This document shows, one piece after another, positions 1-10,026 of a stretch of DNA of 64,000 nt. Below the pieces are notes generated by a model. It saw only the letters and a program-made list of their open reading frames with translations. It was not told where the DNA came from and did no database searches. The stretch spans positions 24,599 to 88,598 of the IMG/VR virus record IMGVR_UViG_3300027833_000028; one strand, 5' to 3'. Origin of the DNA: a virus. Position 1 is the stretch's first letter; each line of letters starts with the position of its first letter. The translations under genes were made by a program, and so were the position numbers.

Positions 1-9
1 ACAACTGCA

Positions 10-2694
10 ATGGCAGGTAATACTACAACTATCACTGCTCAACAAGCTACAGATATTGTAAATAACAATAAGAAAATAACAGATAGTGGAACACCAGCAG
101 TTTTATCTAATGGTACCACTCCTTCACTAAACTCAGGAATATCAGCTTCAGAAATGAGAAATCTTATTGGGGCAGGTACAGGTAATGGATCATCTAATTT
201 AGTAATTGGGACTACCTCTACAACAGCTAAGGCAGGTAATATAACTACTATTACAGGTGCTCAAGCAACTGCCATAACTGCAAATACTGCTAAGAAAACT
301 GATACAGGAACACCAGCAATTTTGTCTAATGGCACAACACCTACTTTAAATTCAGGTATATCTGCTGCTGAAGTAAGAACCCTTATTGGAGCAGGTACTT
401 CAAGTAGTGCTGGAGTTACAAGAGTAAGAGGTACTGCAAATAGAATATCAGTAACTGCAGGAACAGATCCTATAGTAAATGCAATTACAGGTACAGTAAC
501 TTCTTCTTCTGCTAATTTAGCAACAGGAGCTCAGATACAAACAGCTATTAATTCAGCTGTAACAGGAGTATTAAAGTATAAAGGAACTTGGGATGCTGCT
601 GCAAATAGTCCAGCACTAATAAGTGCAAAGGGAACTGTTGGTGAATATTATATTGTTTCTAAAGCTGGATCAACAAATTTAGATGGAATTACAGATTGGG
701 CAGTTGGTGACTGGGCAGTATTCTCTGATCAAGCTACAGATGCTTGGCAGAAAATAGATAACACTCAAGTAGGTAATGTAACAGGTAGTGGTTCATCAGG
801 TAGAGTAGCATATTGGAATGGCTCATCTAACATTACAAGTGATGCAGGATTAACATTTAATGGCAGTACAAATGCTTTAACGGTTAGTGGTGCGGTAACT
901 TGGAGTGGTGGTAGTTCAGCAGAATCTAATTCTGCATATGATAATACTATTACAGGATTCTCTGATAGTGGATCTTCAACAAAGACTTTAACATTAACAC
1001 AAAGAGATGGTGGTACTTTAACAACATCTTTTAGTGTACCACAAGGAACAATGTCTTCATGGACTATTAAAGAAGGAAATGGAACAGAAAGTACAGCTGT
1101 TACAAATGGTGAAACATTAACAATAGCACAAGGTAGTGGTATACAATCAGAAATGACTTCTACAACTAGTGGAGGTACTATTACTATTACAAATACAGAT
1201 AAAGGTTCTTCTCAAAATATATTTAAAAATGTAACTGATGGTAAATTTACTACTACAGCTAATGTAAATAATGATACTTTAACTATTGTAGGTTGTAAAG
1301 GAACAAATATAGAAATTGATGAAGAAGCACAGACTGTATCTATATGTGCCGATCAGCAAACATTATCCGTAGTAGGACAAACACTTACTATTAGTGATGG
1401 TAATTCTGTAACAATGCCAACTAATACAGGACCGCAGGGTCCTAAAGGTGATCAGGGTATACAAGGTATACAAGGAGTTACAGGTTCCGCTGGTGCCAAG
1501 GGAGATCAAGGTGATCAAGGTATTAGAGGTCTTACCGGAGCTGCAGGAGCTGCCGGTGCCAAAGGTGATACAGGAAGTCAAGGTATACAAGGGATACGAG
1601 GATTAACTGGAGCAGCTGGAGCAGCGGGAGCCAAAGGAGATACTGGAGATAGAGGTCTTCAAGGTATACAAGGAAATCCTGGTGCAGCAGGTGCTAAGGG
1701 AGATACGGGAGCAAGAGGATCTGCGGGTGCTGCTGGTGCAGCCGGAGCAAAAGGGGACACAGGATCACAGGGTGCAAAGGGTGATACTGGATCACAAGGT
1801 CCAGCTGGTCCTAATGGTGGAACATATCACTACACAAATTCAGGTGATAATGCAAGTAAATATAGATTTTGGGGTACTTCATCTACTTATGGTATTGGTA
1901 TGGTGTCCGGTCAATCTTATGGTTATTTAAATGACTATGCTACAGTATTCCAAATGAATAATGATGCAGACCGTGGATGGGTTTGGAAATATGAAGGTCA
2001 GGGAAATAATGATGGTGCTATGTCACTAACAACTTCCGGTAAATTAAAAGTTAAAGGAGTTGTTGATGCTGGTTCTGTGGCTATAGATGGTAATGAAGTA
2101 ATTAATATTAAAGGTGATTGGGTTGGTAATCCCACAGGTTTAACAGGACCTAAAGGAGACACCGGTTCACAAGGTATTCAGGGTATTCAAGGTGCTACAG
2201 GATCTCAGGGTCCGGCTGGTGCTAAAGGTAATACAGGTAGCACTGGTGCTGCCGGTACTAATGGAACTAATGGAAGTAATGGAGCACCGGGTGCAACAGG
2301 TTCCACTGGACCAAAAGGTGCAACTGGATCAGCTGGAGCTACAGGAAGTCAAGGACCACAGGGACCACAAGGTGATAAAGGACCTACAGGTAGTCAAGGA
2401 CCAACCGGAGACAGAGGGCCTCAAGGTTTAACTGGTCCAACAGGGAGCCAAGGCCCGCAGGGAATACAAGGTCCTGCAGGTTCTAAAGGTAATACGGGAG
2501 CTACTGGTGCACAGGGACCTAAAGGAGATCCTGGTCAAGATGGTTCAAGTTTTCCAGTTAAGGTTGATTCTAAAGACAGTTCAATTAAAAGCATGGACTT
2601 TTTTGTTGAAGGACAAAAATTCCCTATTATGCAGATAACACTAGAAGACGGAACACAACTTTGCTTTACTGCAGGAGATTGTCCTAGATTTTAA
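10..2694 (+). CDS. Tail fibre protein with two collagen-like (Gly-X-Y) segments; probably 5'-truncated by the window edge
   Basis: Frame is open from base 1; duplicated N-terminal block (AGNxTTIT...LIGAGT); Thr/Ser/Gly-rich beta segments; uninterrupted Gly-X-Y runs at 1429-1815 and 2137-2550. Confidence 0.85.
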   Translation: MAGNTTTITAQQATDIVNNNKKITDSGTPAVLSNGTTPSLNSGISASEMRNLIGAGTGNGSSNLVIGTTSTTAKAGNITTITGAQATAITANTAKKTDTGTPAILSNGTTPTLNSGISAAEVRTLIGAGTSSSAGVTRVRGTANRISVTAGTDPIVNAITGTVTSSSANLATGAQIQTAINSAVTGVLKYKGTWDAAANSPALISAKGTVGEYYIVSKAGSTNLDGITDWAVGDWAVFSDQATDAWQKIDNTQVGNVTGSGSSGRVAYWNGSSNITSDAGLTFNGSTNALTVSGAVTWSGGSSAESNSAYDNTITGFSDSGSSTKTLTLTQRDGGTLTTSFSVPQGTMSSWTIKEGNGTESTAVTNGETLTIAQGSGIQSEMTSTTSGGTITITNTDKGSSQNIFKNVTDGKFTTTANVNNDTLTIVGCKGTNIEIDEEAQTVSICADQQTLSVVGQTLTISDGNSVTMPTNTGPQGPKGDQGIQGIQGVTGSAGAKGDQGDQGIRGLTGAAGAAGAKGDTGSQGIQGIRGLTGAAGAAGAKGDTGDRGLQGIQGNPGAAGAKGDTGARGSAGAAGAAGAKGDTGSQGAKGDTGSQGPAGPNGGTYHYTNSGDNASKYRFWGTSSTYGIGMVSGQSYGYLNDYATVFQMNNDADRGWVWKYEGQGNNDGAMSLTTSGKLKVKGVVDAGSVAIDGNEVINIKGDWVGNPTGLTGPKGDTGSQGIQGIQGATGSQGPAGAKGNTGSTGAAGTNGTNGSNGAPGATGSTGPKGATGSAGATGSQGPQGPQGDKGPTGSQGPTGDRGPQGLTGPTGSQGPQGIQGPAGSKGNTGATGAQGPKGDPGQDGSSFPVKVDSKDSSIKSMDFFVEGQKFPIMQITLEDGTQLCFTAGDCPRF
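1429..1815 (+). repeat. Collagen-like repeat, 43 Gly-X-Y triplets
   Basis: Counted from the translation, GPQ GPK GDQ ... GPA GPN. Confidence 0.95.
2137..2550 (+). repeat. Collagen-like repeat, 46 Gly-X-Y triplets
   Basis: Counted from the translation, GLT GPK GDT ... GQD GSS. Confidence 0.95.
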
Positions 2695-2711
2695 TATTTA
2701 AACTAACTATT

Positions 2712-3161
2712 ATGGCAAGAAAGAAAAAAACATCAACTAAAAAAGCAATTAAAAAACCTACTAAGAAAAGAGTAGTGAAAAAAAAGGTTGTAAAAGAAGT
2801 AGAGGTGCCTGTAGTAAAAGAGTACTTATCTCAAAGATTTTATTTTGATATTGAGTCTTTAGTTACAAATGGTAATTCTTTAATAAAGGAAATAGTATTT
2901 ACTTATACAGGTTCACTAGTTATACCTAAGTCATTAAAATCAACATATGAAAAGAAAAGTGTAACTGTACACGGATCATATATTGTAAAAGATACTGATG
3001 AAGGTGTTGTTACTACAACTGACTATAAACAACTATCAAAATCAGATGTTAAATCATTTTTACAAATGCATTTACGTGATGACTATATTAATGGAATGCA
3101 GGATGTAATTAAGAAAGATTTACTACCTGAAACAAATTTAGTTGTTGATCTTCCTTGGTAG
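2712..3161 (+). CDS. Hypothetical protein with Lys-rich N-terminus, possibly tail-fibre associated
   Basis: ORF directly after the fibre gene; A-rich start context; ends in LPW. Confidence 0.7.
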   Translation: MARKKKTSTKKAIKKPTKKRVVKKKVVKEVEVPVVKEYLSQRFYFDIESLVTNGNSLIKEIVFTYTGSLVIPKSLKSTYEKKSVTVHGSYIVKDTDEGVVTTTDYKQLSKSDVKSFLQMHLRDDYINGMQDVIKKDLLPETNLVVDLPW

Positions 3162-3184
3162 TTAAAAAATTATTATTATCTTTG
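3154..3184 (+). promoter_or_regulatory. Bacteroidota sigma70-type promoter (-7 TAnnTTTG with weak -33 cTTG)
   Basis: TATCTTTG at 3177-3184, CTTG at 3154-3157 (19-nt spacer), ATG at 3216. Confidence 0.55.
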
Positions 3185-3215
3185 AAAAGTATACAAACAT
3201 TTAAAACCAATTATA

Positions 3216-3479
3216 ATGGCAAAGAAAAGCAAAAAGATTTCTTCAAAGGAATTGACTGAAGTTAAAGAGCTTCAAAATCAAATCAACACACTACTAATGA
3301 ACATTGGTAATGCAGAACTAGTTAAGAATCAATTAGTATCTAAACATTCAGAATTACAAGTTGAATGGAAAACTTTAAGTGAATCATTAGAAACAAAATA
3401 TGGTTCAGTTAATATTAGTCTTGAAGATGGTGCTATATCTGATATTGAAAAAGAAGATGCTTCTCTAGAAAAAGCTTAA
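3216..3479 (+). CDS. Small coiled-coil protein (possible fibre assembly chaperone)
   Basis: Heptad-rich helical sequence; sits after the fibre genes. Confidence 0.7.
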   Translation: MAKKSKKISSKELTEVKELQNQINTLLMNIGNAELVKNQLVSKHSELQVEWKTLSESLETKYGSVNISLEDGAISDIEKEDASLEKA

Positions 3480-3501
3480 ATCTTATTTCCATAAGTGTTT
3501 G

Positions 3502-3550
3502 CAAAATTTTTTAAAACTGGCATTAACTTGTTTGGTTTTAAAAAATTTTG
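3502..3550. repeat. Perfect 16-bp inverted repeat with 17-nt spacer
   Basis: CAAAATTTTTTAAAAC (3502-3517) / GTTTTAAAAAATTTTG (3535-3550). Confidence 0.9.
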
Positions 3551-3565
3551 TATATTATAAATGTA
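3547..3565 (+). promoter_or_regulatory. Recurring intergenic motif TTTGTATATTA (candidate phage late promoter)
   Basis: TTTGTATATTATAAATGTA; related copies at 7796, 20703, 49735, 53606 and 53681. Confidence 0.5.
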
Positions 3566-3608
3566 TAGTTTACAATACGGCAGTACATTATAGTAAAATA
3601 AAACATTT

Positions 3609-5837
3609 ATGATTCCAACAAACTCAAGCGGCACCACAAATGGATGTGACAGTATATCTTCTAATTGTGTAATATGGCAAGGACCGGACATTTCATGCAT
3701 AGACTTATGTAATGGGGATTCTATTTCTGAAGTAGTATTTAAATTAGCTACTAAACTGTGTGATCTTATAGAAAGTGGGGTTGAGGCAAACCCTAATTTA
3801 ACAGGGTTAGATTTATCATGTTTAGATTTACCAGGTACTGACCCTACTGAAATTGTACCTGTATTACAGGCTATGGTAGTGCAGATATGTGCTAATGCTG
3901 ACACAACACCAGTTGTTGCACGCCTTACTACTGCTAGCATGCCAATAATGACATTGCAGCAATGTTTAGAATATAACGATGCAAATGGAAATCCTGTAAC
4001 TGAATTACCTTTAGATGAGTATGCTACTCTTATAGCACAACAGGTATGTAGAAATGTTCAGGAAATAATTGACATTAAAGCTCAAATTGCCAATATAACT
4101 TCAAGATTAACTTTAATAGAAAATTGTGTGTTTGTTGGTGGTGTGTGCCAAGTTGGTACATCAGACGAAGTACAAATTATTCCAACTTGTGTTAGTACAG
4201 TTGGACAATTAACAGATGTATCCGTTGTAGTACTGGCACTTGAAAGTGCTTTTTGTGCTTTACGAGATGCTGTAGGTACACCAGCATTAATTAGTAATGC
4301 TGTAGCTCAAACAATAATAACTGGCTCAACATCAATGTTGAGTGTAGAAGGTGCAACATATAATTCAATAGGAGGTTACAATACATCACCTTCAACATTA
4401 GCACAGTCTGTGCAAAATGCATGGGTGGTTATTGATGATATGTATAATGCAATTCAAAGTATACAAACTAATTGCTGCCCAGGCGGGTGTGACTCAGTCA
4501 TATTTGGATATACAACAGCAGTGAGATTAGATACAGTAGGAGTGATAGAAGCAATTAATTTTGATTTTACTAGTTCTTCAATACCTACTGGTTTTAATGA
4601 TACATCAGGACGTTCTTTAATTACACTTACTGATGCAAATGGATCTTCATTGAGTGAAGTAGTAAATGTAGCATCATTACAAAATAATGCATCTGGTATA
4701 CAAATATCTACAGGATCATTAAATGTATTTCAAGACATAAGCATTACAGTTGACTTTGTTGTATCAAATGGAACTGATACATGTGAAACAAGAATAGCAA
4801 GTTTATCAAATGGAATTATACCATGCCCAACCGTGTTAGTGGGAACAGTAACCGGAACAGAAGCTGAATTAAGCTTTTCAAATAATTTAGGAATAACAGC
4901 TCAGTATACTTTAGATTTACTTCAAAGTTCTGTTGTAGTACAATCACATGTATTCAACAATCCAGGAGTAGGCTTATCACATAACTTTACAGGATTGACT
5001 CCTAATACAGCATATCAAGCTAGACTTACAATAGTTATTGATGGGGCTACTAAGGTTTGCCCAATACTAGTAGATGTTGTAACAATTGCTGGTGCAGCAC
5101 CATGTACAGAAGGTATGGATGTAGCATTTGTAATTGATTATACATTTAGTATGAGTGGTATTATAGATGGTGTAAAATCAGGTGTAGCTTCTCTTGTTAG
5201 TACAATAGATACAGCATCAGGATCTAATGACTATAGATTAGCATTAATTACTGCTGATGAAAGAGCTAATCCTTCACCAAAATATTCTTCTTGTGTAGAC
5301 TATACAAGTTTACCAACATCTCAAAAAGTTGCAAATTTAGGCTCAGCAGGAAATTATCAATTTATAACATCATGGGAGCAATTTGGAACTAACAATGGTG
5401 CAACGTTTACAACACAATTAGATAAATTAAATGGAGGGGTAGATGGTACTTGTGTAAATCTTGGAGATGGTAATGGACTTCCTGAACCAACAGATTATGC
5501 ATCTCAGTTAGTTGTAGGGGGTGCTGCATTAAGTGGAACTCTTAGAAGCAATGTAGCTAAGTATGTTATTATTATAACAGATGCTTTACCAGGTGGAACA
5601 TCTGATGCATTTAATGCAACAACATGGTCTGGTATTCAGTCAATGATTGCATTTGCAAATACTAATGGAATTAAATATAATGTATGTGGACCTGGAGTAA
5701 ATTTATCAGGATCAATACCTCCTGTAACAGATCCTATTTTCCCATGGAGAGAATTAGCAACACAAACAGGTGGGGTTTGGAATGCATCTGCTGATGCATC
5801 ACAAATTAGTGCTGATATAATAGCTGGTTGCTCATAA
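3609..5837 (+). CDS. Virion structural protein: Cys-rich N-terminus, coiled coil, FN3-like domain, C-terminal vWA domain
   Basis: FTGLTPNTAYQARL (FN3); DVAFVIDYTFSMS and YVIIITD (vWA with MIDAS-like site). Confidence 0.7.
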   Translation: MIPTNSSGTTNGCDSISSNCVIWQGPDISCIDLCNGDSISEVVFKLATKLCDLIESGVEANPNLTGLDLSCLDLPGTDPTEIVPVLQAMVVQICANADTTPVVARLTTASMPIMTLQQCLEYNDANGNPVTELPLDEYATLIAQQVCRNVQEIIDIKAQIANITSRLTLIENCVFVGGVCQVGTSDEVQIIPTCVSTVGQLTDVSVVVLALESAFCALRDAVGTPALISNAVAQTIITGSTSMLSVEGATYNSIGGYNTSPSTLAQSVQNAWVVIDDMYNAIQSIQTNCCPGGCDSVIFGYTTAVRLDTVGVIEAINFDFTSSSIPTGFNDTSGRSLITLTDANGSSLSEVVNVASLQNNASGIQISTGSLNVFQDISITVDFVVSNGTDTCETRIASLSNGIIPCPTVLVGTVTGTEAELSFSNNLGITAQYTLDLLQSSVVVQSHVFNNPGVGLSHNFTGLTPNTAYQARLTIVIDGATKVCPILVDVVTIAGAAPCTEGMDVAFVIDYTFSMSGIIDGVKSGVASLVSTIDTASGSNDYRLALITADERANPSPKYSSCVDYTSLPTSQKVANLGSAGNYQFITSWEQFGTNNGATFTTQLDKLNGGVDGTCVNLGDGNGLPEPTDYASQLVVGGAALSGTLRSNVAKYVIIITDALPGGTSDAFNATTWSGIQSMIAFANTNGIKYNVCGPGVNLSGSIPPVTDPIFPWRELATQTGGVWNASADASQISADIIAGCS

Positions 5838-5852
5838 AATAAAAAATAAAAA

Positions 5853-6419
5853 ATGGCTTGTAATTGTACAAAATGTAGTAATAAATGTAGTTGTGCTGAT
5901 ACAGCATTAACTAATGCATGTACTTATACTGATTGTAGTGTAGGTAGTGAAAGATGTAATGATGTTCAAAGTGCAGCATGTGTAAGCTATACGGGTACAT
6001 CATTTCAAATAGGTGATACTAATAGTAAAATAGTTATAACCTCCGGTGAACGGTTGGATTCTATTATACAAAAGTTTTCTATGATACTATCAAATGGGTT
6101 AGGGGCTTGTACTTCTAATGATGTTCAGCATGATCCATATAATGTATATGCAGGTGTAATAACTAGTAGTACTATTTCAGTATTGTGGAATGGCATATGG
6201 AGTAATAGTACAGGTATTAATATATATACTGCACCTCAAATAGGAGGAGGAAGTAATGTCTGGACGCTACAGAATAGTACACCAATTGTTACTAATGTAA
6301 GTAATTTTACTATAACAAATTTAGTAGCAAGTACAGCATATAAGGTAAAAGTTGTTGATAACGGCAACAGTGCTGCATGCAAACCAATAGAGCTTTTAAT
6401 TTCTACTCTAGCAGCATAA
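5853..6419 (+). CDS. Cys-rich virion protein with C-terminal FN3-like domain
   Basis: MACNCTKCSNKCSC start; ITNLVASTAYKVKV (FN3); shares a C..S..CV.[WY].G motif with the upstream gene. Confidence 0.7.
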   Translation: MACNCTKCSNKCSCADTALTNACTYTDCSVGSERCNDVQSAACVSYTGTSFQIGDTNSKIVITSGERLDSIIQKFSMILSNGLGACTSNDVQHDPYNVYAGVITSSTISVLWNGIWSNSTGINIYTAPQIGGGSNVWTLQNSTPIVTNVSNFTITNLVASTAYKVKVVDNGNSAACKPIELLISTLAA

Positions 6420-6466
6420 AAAAACAACACGTGGTGGTTTGTTGGTTTTCTACTACAAACGTTGGA

Positions 6467-6499
6467 AGAGGCTGGATATATTCCAGTCTCTTTTTTTTT
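6467..6499 (+). terminator. Rho-independent terminator
   Basis: AGAGGCTGGA-TATAT-TCCAGTCTCT stem followed by a T run. Confidence 0.85.
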
Positions 6500-6536
6500 C
6501 TTATCTTTACAATAAAAAAATCAAATTATTTAACTT

Positions 6537-7760
6537 ATGGATAATATAAAGCAAAAAGTTCTTGACAGTTTAAAATGGAAAAAGCACCCATCATATTGTG
6601 CTGAAAAACTGAACATTACAGAAAAGCAGTATAAGAAAGTAAAGAAAGAATTATTAGCAGAAAGAAAAAATAAAAAAAAGAAATCAATATTTTTTAGCAA
6701 AGCTGCAGACAATGCACAAATTGCAGAAGCAATTGATTTAGAAAATGGAACTGGAAAGTTATCAGGAACGTTTGATCATGAGCCTAAAAGTGCAGAAGAA
6801 ATAGTTATCTTATTAAAAATAGATACAGATAAATGGAAATTATCTCAGTATTGGAATAAACAAATGGGTGATCACTGGAGAGTTTCAGCATTAGTATCAC
6901 AAATAAAAAATCCAGAAGAAAAACTATTTGAAGACTTACTGAAAAACTGGACTCCCAAAAAATATAAAATATCAAATATACCTTATAAAAATAAATTTAC
7001 TGATGATCCACATTGTGCAGTGATATCTCTACAAGATATTCATTTTGGTAAAGAAGGTAATGATACCATAGATAAAGATTTTGAAGATACAGTTAAGAAC
7101 TTAGTAAGTAGAGCAAATGCTATACATTACATAGAAACCATGTATTTTGTTGTAGGAGGTGATTTAATCAACATGGATACCTTTCAGGGCACAACCACAA
7201 GCGGAACACCTTTAGACAACTGTATGAGCGCTACAGAGGCTTATGTGCAAGCATTTGATGCAATGCATTGGGCTGTAACATATATTAAAGCTCACTGTGA
7301 TAAATTAGTTGTAGTATATGTCCCTGGAAATCATGATAGACTTTCTTCTTTTCATTTAGCTCATGCTCTCTCAAGATCAATAGATTGTGATAAAATAACA
7401 TGGGATGTAAAATATGAAGAAAGAAAGGTTCATGTATGGCATAATAACTTTAATGCATTTGAACATGGTGATAAGCGTAGCAAGAATAATCCTTTAATAT
7501 ATGCATCAGAGTATCCAAAGGCTTGGGGTGACACAACAAATAGAACATTATTTAAAGGTCATATACATACAGATAGAAAGGTTGAATATATGACATCAAA
7601 TGAAACAGCAGGTTTTATAGAAAAGACTTTACCTAGCCTAGGTAAAACAGATTACTATCATTACAGTAACAAATATGTAGGTAACAGACGTTCAGGTAAA
7701 CTAGAAATACAACACCCTACTATGGGTAATATATGTGAATTAACTTACCAAGCATTGTAA
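6537..7760 (+). CDS. Calcineurin-like metallophosphoesterase with basic N-terminal extension
   Basis: All five family motifs present: DIHFG, GGDLIN, GNHD, EHGD, GHIH. Confidence 0.9.
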   Translation: MDNIKQKVLDSLKWKKHPSYCAEKLNITEKQYKKVKKELLAERKNKKKKSIFFSKAADNAQIAEAIDLENGTGKLSGTFDHEPKSAEEIVILLKIDTDKWKLSQYWNKQMGDHWRVSALVSQIKNPEEKLFEDLLKNWTPKKYKISNIPYKNKFTDDPHCAVISLQDIHFGKEGNDTIDKDFEDTVKNLVSRANAIHYIETMYFVVGGDLINMDTFQGTTTSGTPLDNCMSATEAYVQAFDAMHWAVTYIKAHCDKLVVVYVPGNHDRLSSFHLAHALSRSIDCDKITWDVKYEERKVHVWHNNFNAFEHGDKRSKNNPLIYASEYPKAWGDTTNRTLFKGHIHTDRKVEYMTSNETAGFIEKTLPSLGKTDYYHYSNKYVGNRRSGKLEIQHPTMGNICELTYQAL

Positions 7761-7798
7761 AGACCTTACTTTTAATTTCATTAAGTGGTCTTTTTTTT
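7760..7798 (+). terminator. Probable rho-independent terminator
   Basis: AGACC..ACTT / AAGT.GGTCT imperfect stem followed by a T run right after the stop codon. Confidence 0.6.
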
Positions 7799-7814
7799 GT
7801 AAATTATAAATATA
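7796..7814 (+). promoter_or_regulatory. Candidate late promoter motif
   Basis: TTTGTAAATTATAAATATA just upstream of ATG 7820. Confidence 0.45.
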
Positions 7815-7819
7815 ACTGT

Positions 7820-8386
7820 ATGATCAACAATTTTAAAAAACCCAATTTAAATGCTCCAAGATATAGAGAGAAAAGACTGGGATTGTTAAATGAACAAACA
7901 ATTAAAGAGTTTAAAGAAAAAAAGCCTTTGTACTCAGATATAGATAACGTTAAATTAAAAAAAATAATTAAATTATATAATGTTAAACTTTGGAATACTG
8001 TAGTAGAAAATAGAGATGGGGTAGAATTACCTGATTCATTAGGTTATTTATTTATTGGAACATGCCCCTCTTCTAAATCTATTAATACAAATTACGCATT
8101 ATCAAAACAATATGGTAAAGTTTTACAAAATAAAAACTGGGAGACAGATGGAAATTTAGGTAAAATATTTTATACAAACTACTCTACAAAGTATAGATTT
8201 AAAAATAGAGAGTTGTGGAGGTTTGTAGCATGCAGAGAGTTTAAAAGAACTGTTGCAAAAACTTACCCTAATAACTGGACAAAGTATTTAGTTATGAAAA
8301 ATAAATATAAGGTGGCTCATCTATATGATGAAAACCCTGAAGAAACCAACAAAGCATTAAAGTATTATAATGAATTTGAAAAATAA
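7820..8386 (+). CDS. HU/IHF-like DNA-binding protein (crAss-like IHF homologue)
   Basis: KKIIKLYNVKLWNTVVENRDGVELPDSLGYLFI resembles the HU helix plus G.V.L..G.F signature; located before the tail genes as in crAss-like phages. Confidence 0.55.
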   Translation: MINNFKKPNLNAPRYREKRLGLLNEQTIKEFKEKKPLYSDIDNVKLKKIIKLYNVKLWNTVVENRDGVELPDSLGYLFIGTCPSSKSINTNYALSKQYGKVLQNKNWETDGNLGKIFYTNYSTKYRFKNRELWRFVACREFKRTVAKTYPNNWTKYLVMKNKYKVAHLYDENPEETNKALKYYNEFEK

Positions 8387-8391
8387 GAAAC

Positions 8392-9066
8392 ATGGCAACA
8401 ATAGCAGACGTAGTATCTAGAATTAGAGGTCAAGTAAAAGCTGAAGTTCAAGATGCATTTACTACAGATAGATATATTTACAGTCTAATTGAAAAGTATG
8501 CTCAAGTTTTAATGAGAAGGCAAGACTATGCAAATAAATTAATGAAGTTTAATTCAGTATGGAAAACATTACCATATGTAGAATTGATTGACGTAGATAA
8601 AGTAGAAGCACATTGTGCTGGAATACAAAGCGGTTGTACAATAAAACGTACAAAACATAGATTACCTTCAATGTTTGAAGGTTACTGGGGCCCTCTAATA
8701 CGTACCATTAGTTCAATAGATGGTTCACAAGAGTTACAAGGAACCCAACCTGGTACATATACTTCAATGACTAAAACAACATCTTTTAAATATAACAACA
8801 CGTTATATTTTTGGTGGTTAGATGGATATATTTATTGTCCAAATATAGCATGGGATGCAATTAAAGTTGAAGGTGTATTTGATTCAGATATTACAAAATG
8901 GAATTGTGACACAGAAGATGACTGTACACCTAGATATGAACAAGAAATTTACATACCTGAAGCATTGTTTGCTGAAATAGAAAGTCAAGTAATTCAGACT
9001 ATGGTAGGTACATTAAAAATACCATCTGATGATTCAGATAATAAACGTAACCTAGCAAGAACATAA
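8392..9066 (+). CDS. Putative tail ring/adaptor protein
   Basis: Size and position between the IHF-like and tubular/stabilisation genes, as in crAss-like gene order. Confidence 0.5.
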   Translation: MATIADVVSRIRGQVKAEVQDAFTTDRYIYSLIEKYAQVLMRRQDYANKLMKFNSVWKTLPYVELIDVDKVEAHCAGIQSGCTIKRTKHRLPSMFEGYWGPLIRTISSIDGSQELQGTQPGTYTSMTKTTSFKYNNTLYFWWLDGYIYCPNIAWDAIKVEGVFDSDITKWNCDTEDDCTPRYEQEIYIPEALFAEIESQVIQTMVGTLKIPSDDSDNKRNLART

Positions 9067-9076
9067 AACAATAACA

Positions 9077-10012
9077 ATGGGAGTATCACAAAAATATAGA
9101 ACATTTAGTCAATTAATGGAAGACGTATCTATTGATTTTTCTAACTATGCGTTAGAAGGAATGATAGAACCTGCTCAATTGATAAAAGTTGCAACCAGAG
9201 TAAACTATGATTTGGGCTTAAAGATTCATAGAACTAAAGAAGTAGTAATAGATATTGAACACGGAAAAGGACAATTACCATTTGACTTTCAATATTTAAA
9301 TTATGCTTTTAAATGCGGAGAATATACAGTTAATAATACAATGCCTTCTGGCACTCATGTAGAAACTTTTAATGATGTACCCTATGTACCAGCGCCAGGT
9401 GAATCAGCACCATGTGAAGATGGGGAAGCATGTAAAGATGTATGTGTTGTTAAAACATGTAATGATACAAATAGTTATCAATTAGTACAAAGAGTTGGGG
9501 CAGGTCAATTTAGAACATTCACAGATTGGACTGAGCTAAGAATTAAAAATGTTAATGATAAAGTTTGCTATTGTCCAAGTCTAGGAGCACAAGCCGTAGA
9601 TATAGCAGAAATTAAAGACGGTTTTTTAATTACAACTTTCCGTACAGGTAAAGTTTATTTGAGTTTTCAAGGAGCAATGGAAAATGCTGTTGGTGATTTA
9701 CTAGTATTAGATCAACCATACTGTAATGAATATTATGAGTATGCACTAAAACAAAGAATATTAGAAAATATGGTTTGGAATGGTGAGAATGTTTCTCAGC
9801 AATTAGGTTTAGTTGAAACAAGATTAAGAGCCGCTAGAAATAATGCATTAAGTTTTGTTAATACACCAGACTTTGCAGAAATGAGAAAGGTATGGACTAT
9901 GAATAGAAGAGCGCAGTATCATAATTATTACAATATGTTTTTAAGTTATGCCCCTGTCAATCCTAGAGTTGTTACAGGACCTTCTACATTAGGATCATCA
10001 ACATCATATTAA
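9077..10012 (+). CDS. Putative tail tubular/ring protein with Cys-rich insert
   Basis: Directly upstream of the stabilisation protein; GKVYLSF...EYYEYALK pattern. Confidence 0.55.
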   Translation: MGVSQKYRTFSQLMEDVSIDFSNYALEGMIEPAQLIKVATRVNYDLGLKIHRTKEVVIDIEHGKGQLPFDFQYLNYAFKCGEYTVNNTMPSGTHVETFNDVPYVPAPGESAPCEDGEACKDVCVVKTCNDTNSYQLVQRVGAGQFRTFTDWTELRIKNVNDKVCYCPSLGAQAVDIAEIKDGFLITTFRTGKVYLSFQGAMENAVGDLLVLDQPYCNEYYEYALKQRILENMVWNGENVSQQLGLVETRLRAARNNALSFVNTPDFAEMRKVWTMNRRAQYHNYYNMFLSYAPVNPRVVTGPSTLGSSTSY

Positions 10013-10026
10013 AGAAGTAATATATT

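Noticed and set aside
1363-2431. Alternative-frame and antisense ORFs in the collagen region
   Set aside because: By-products of Gly-X-Y codon periodicity
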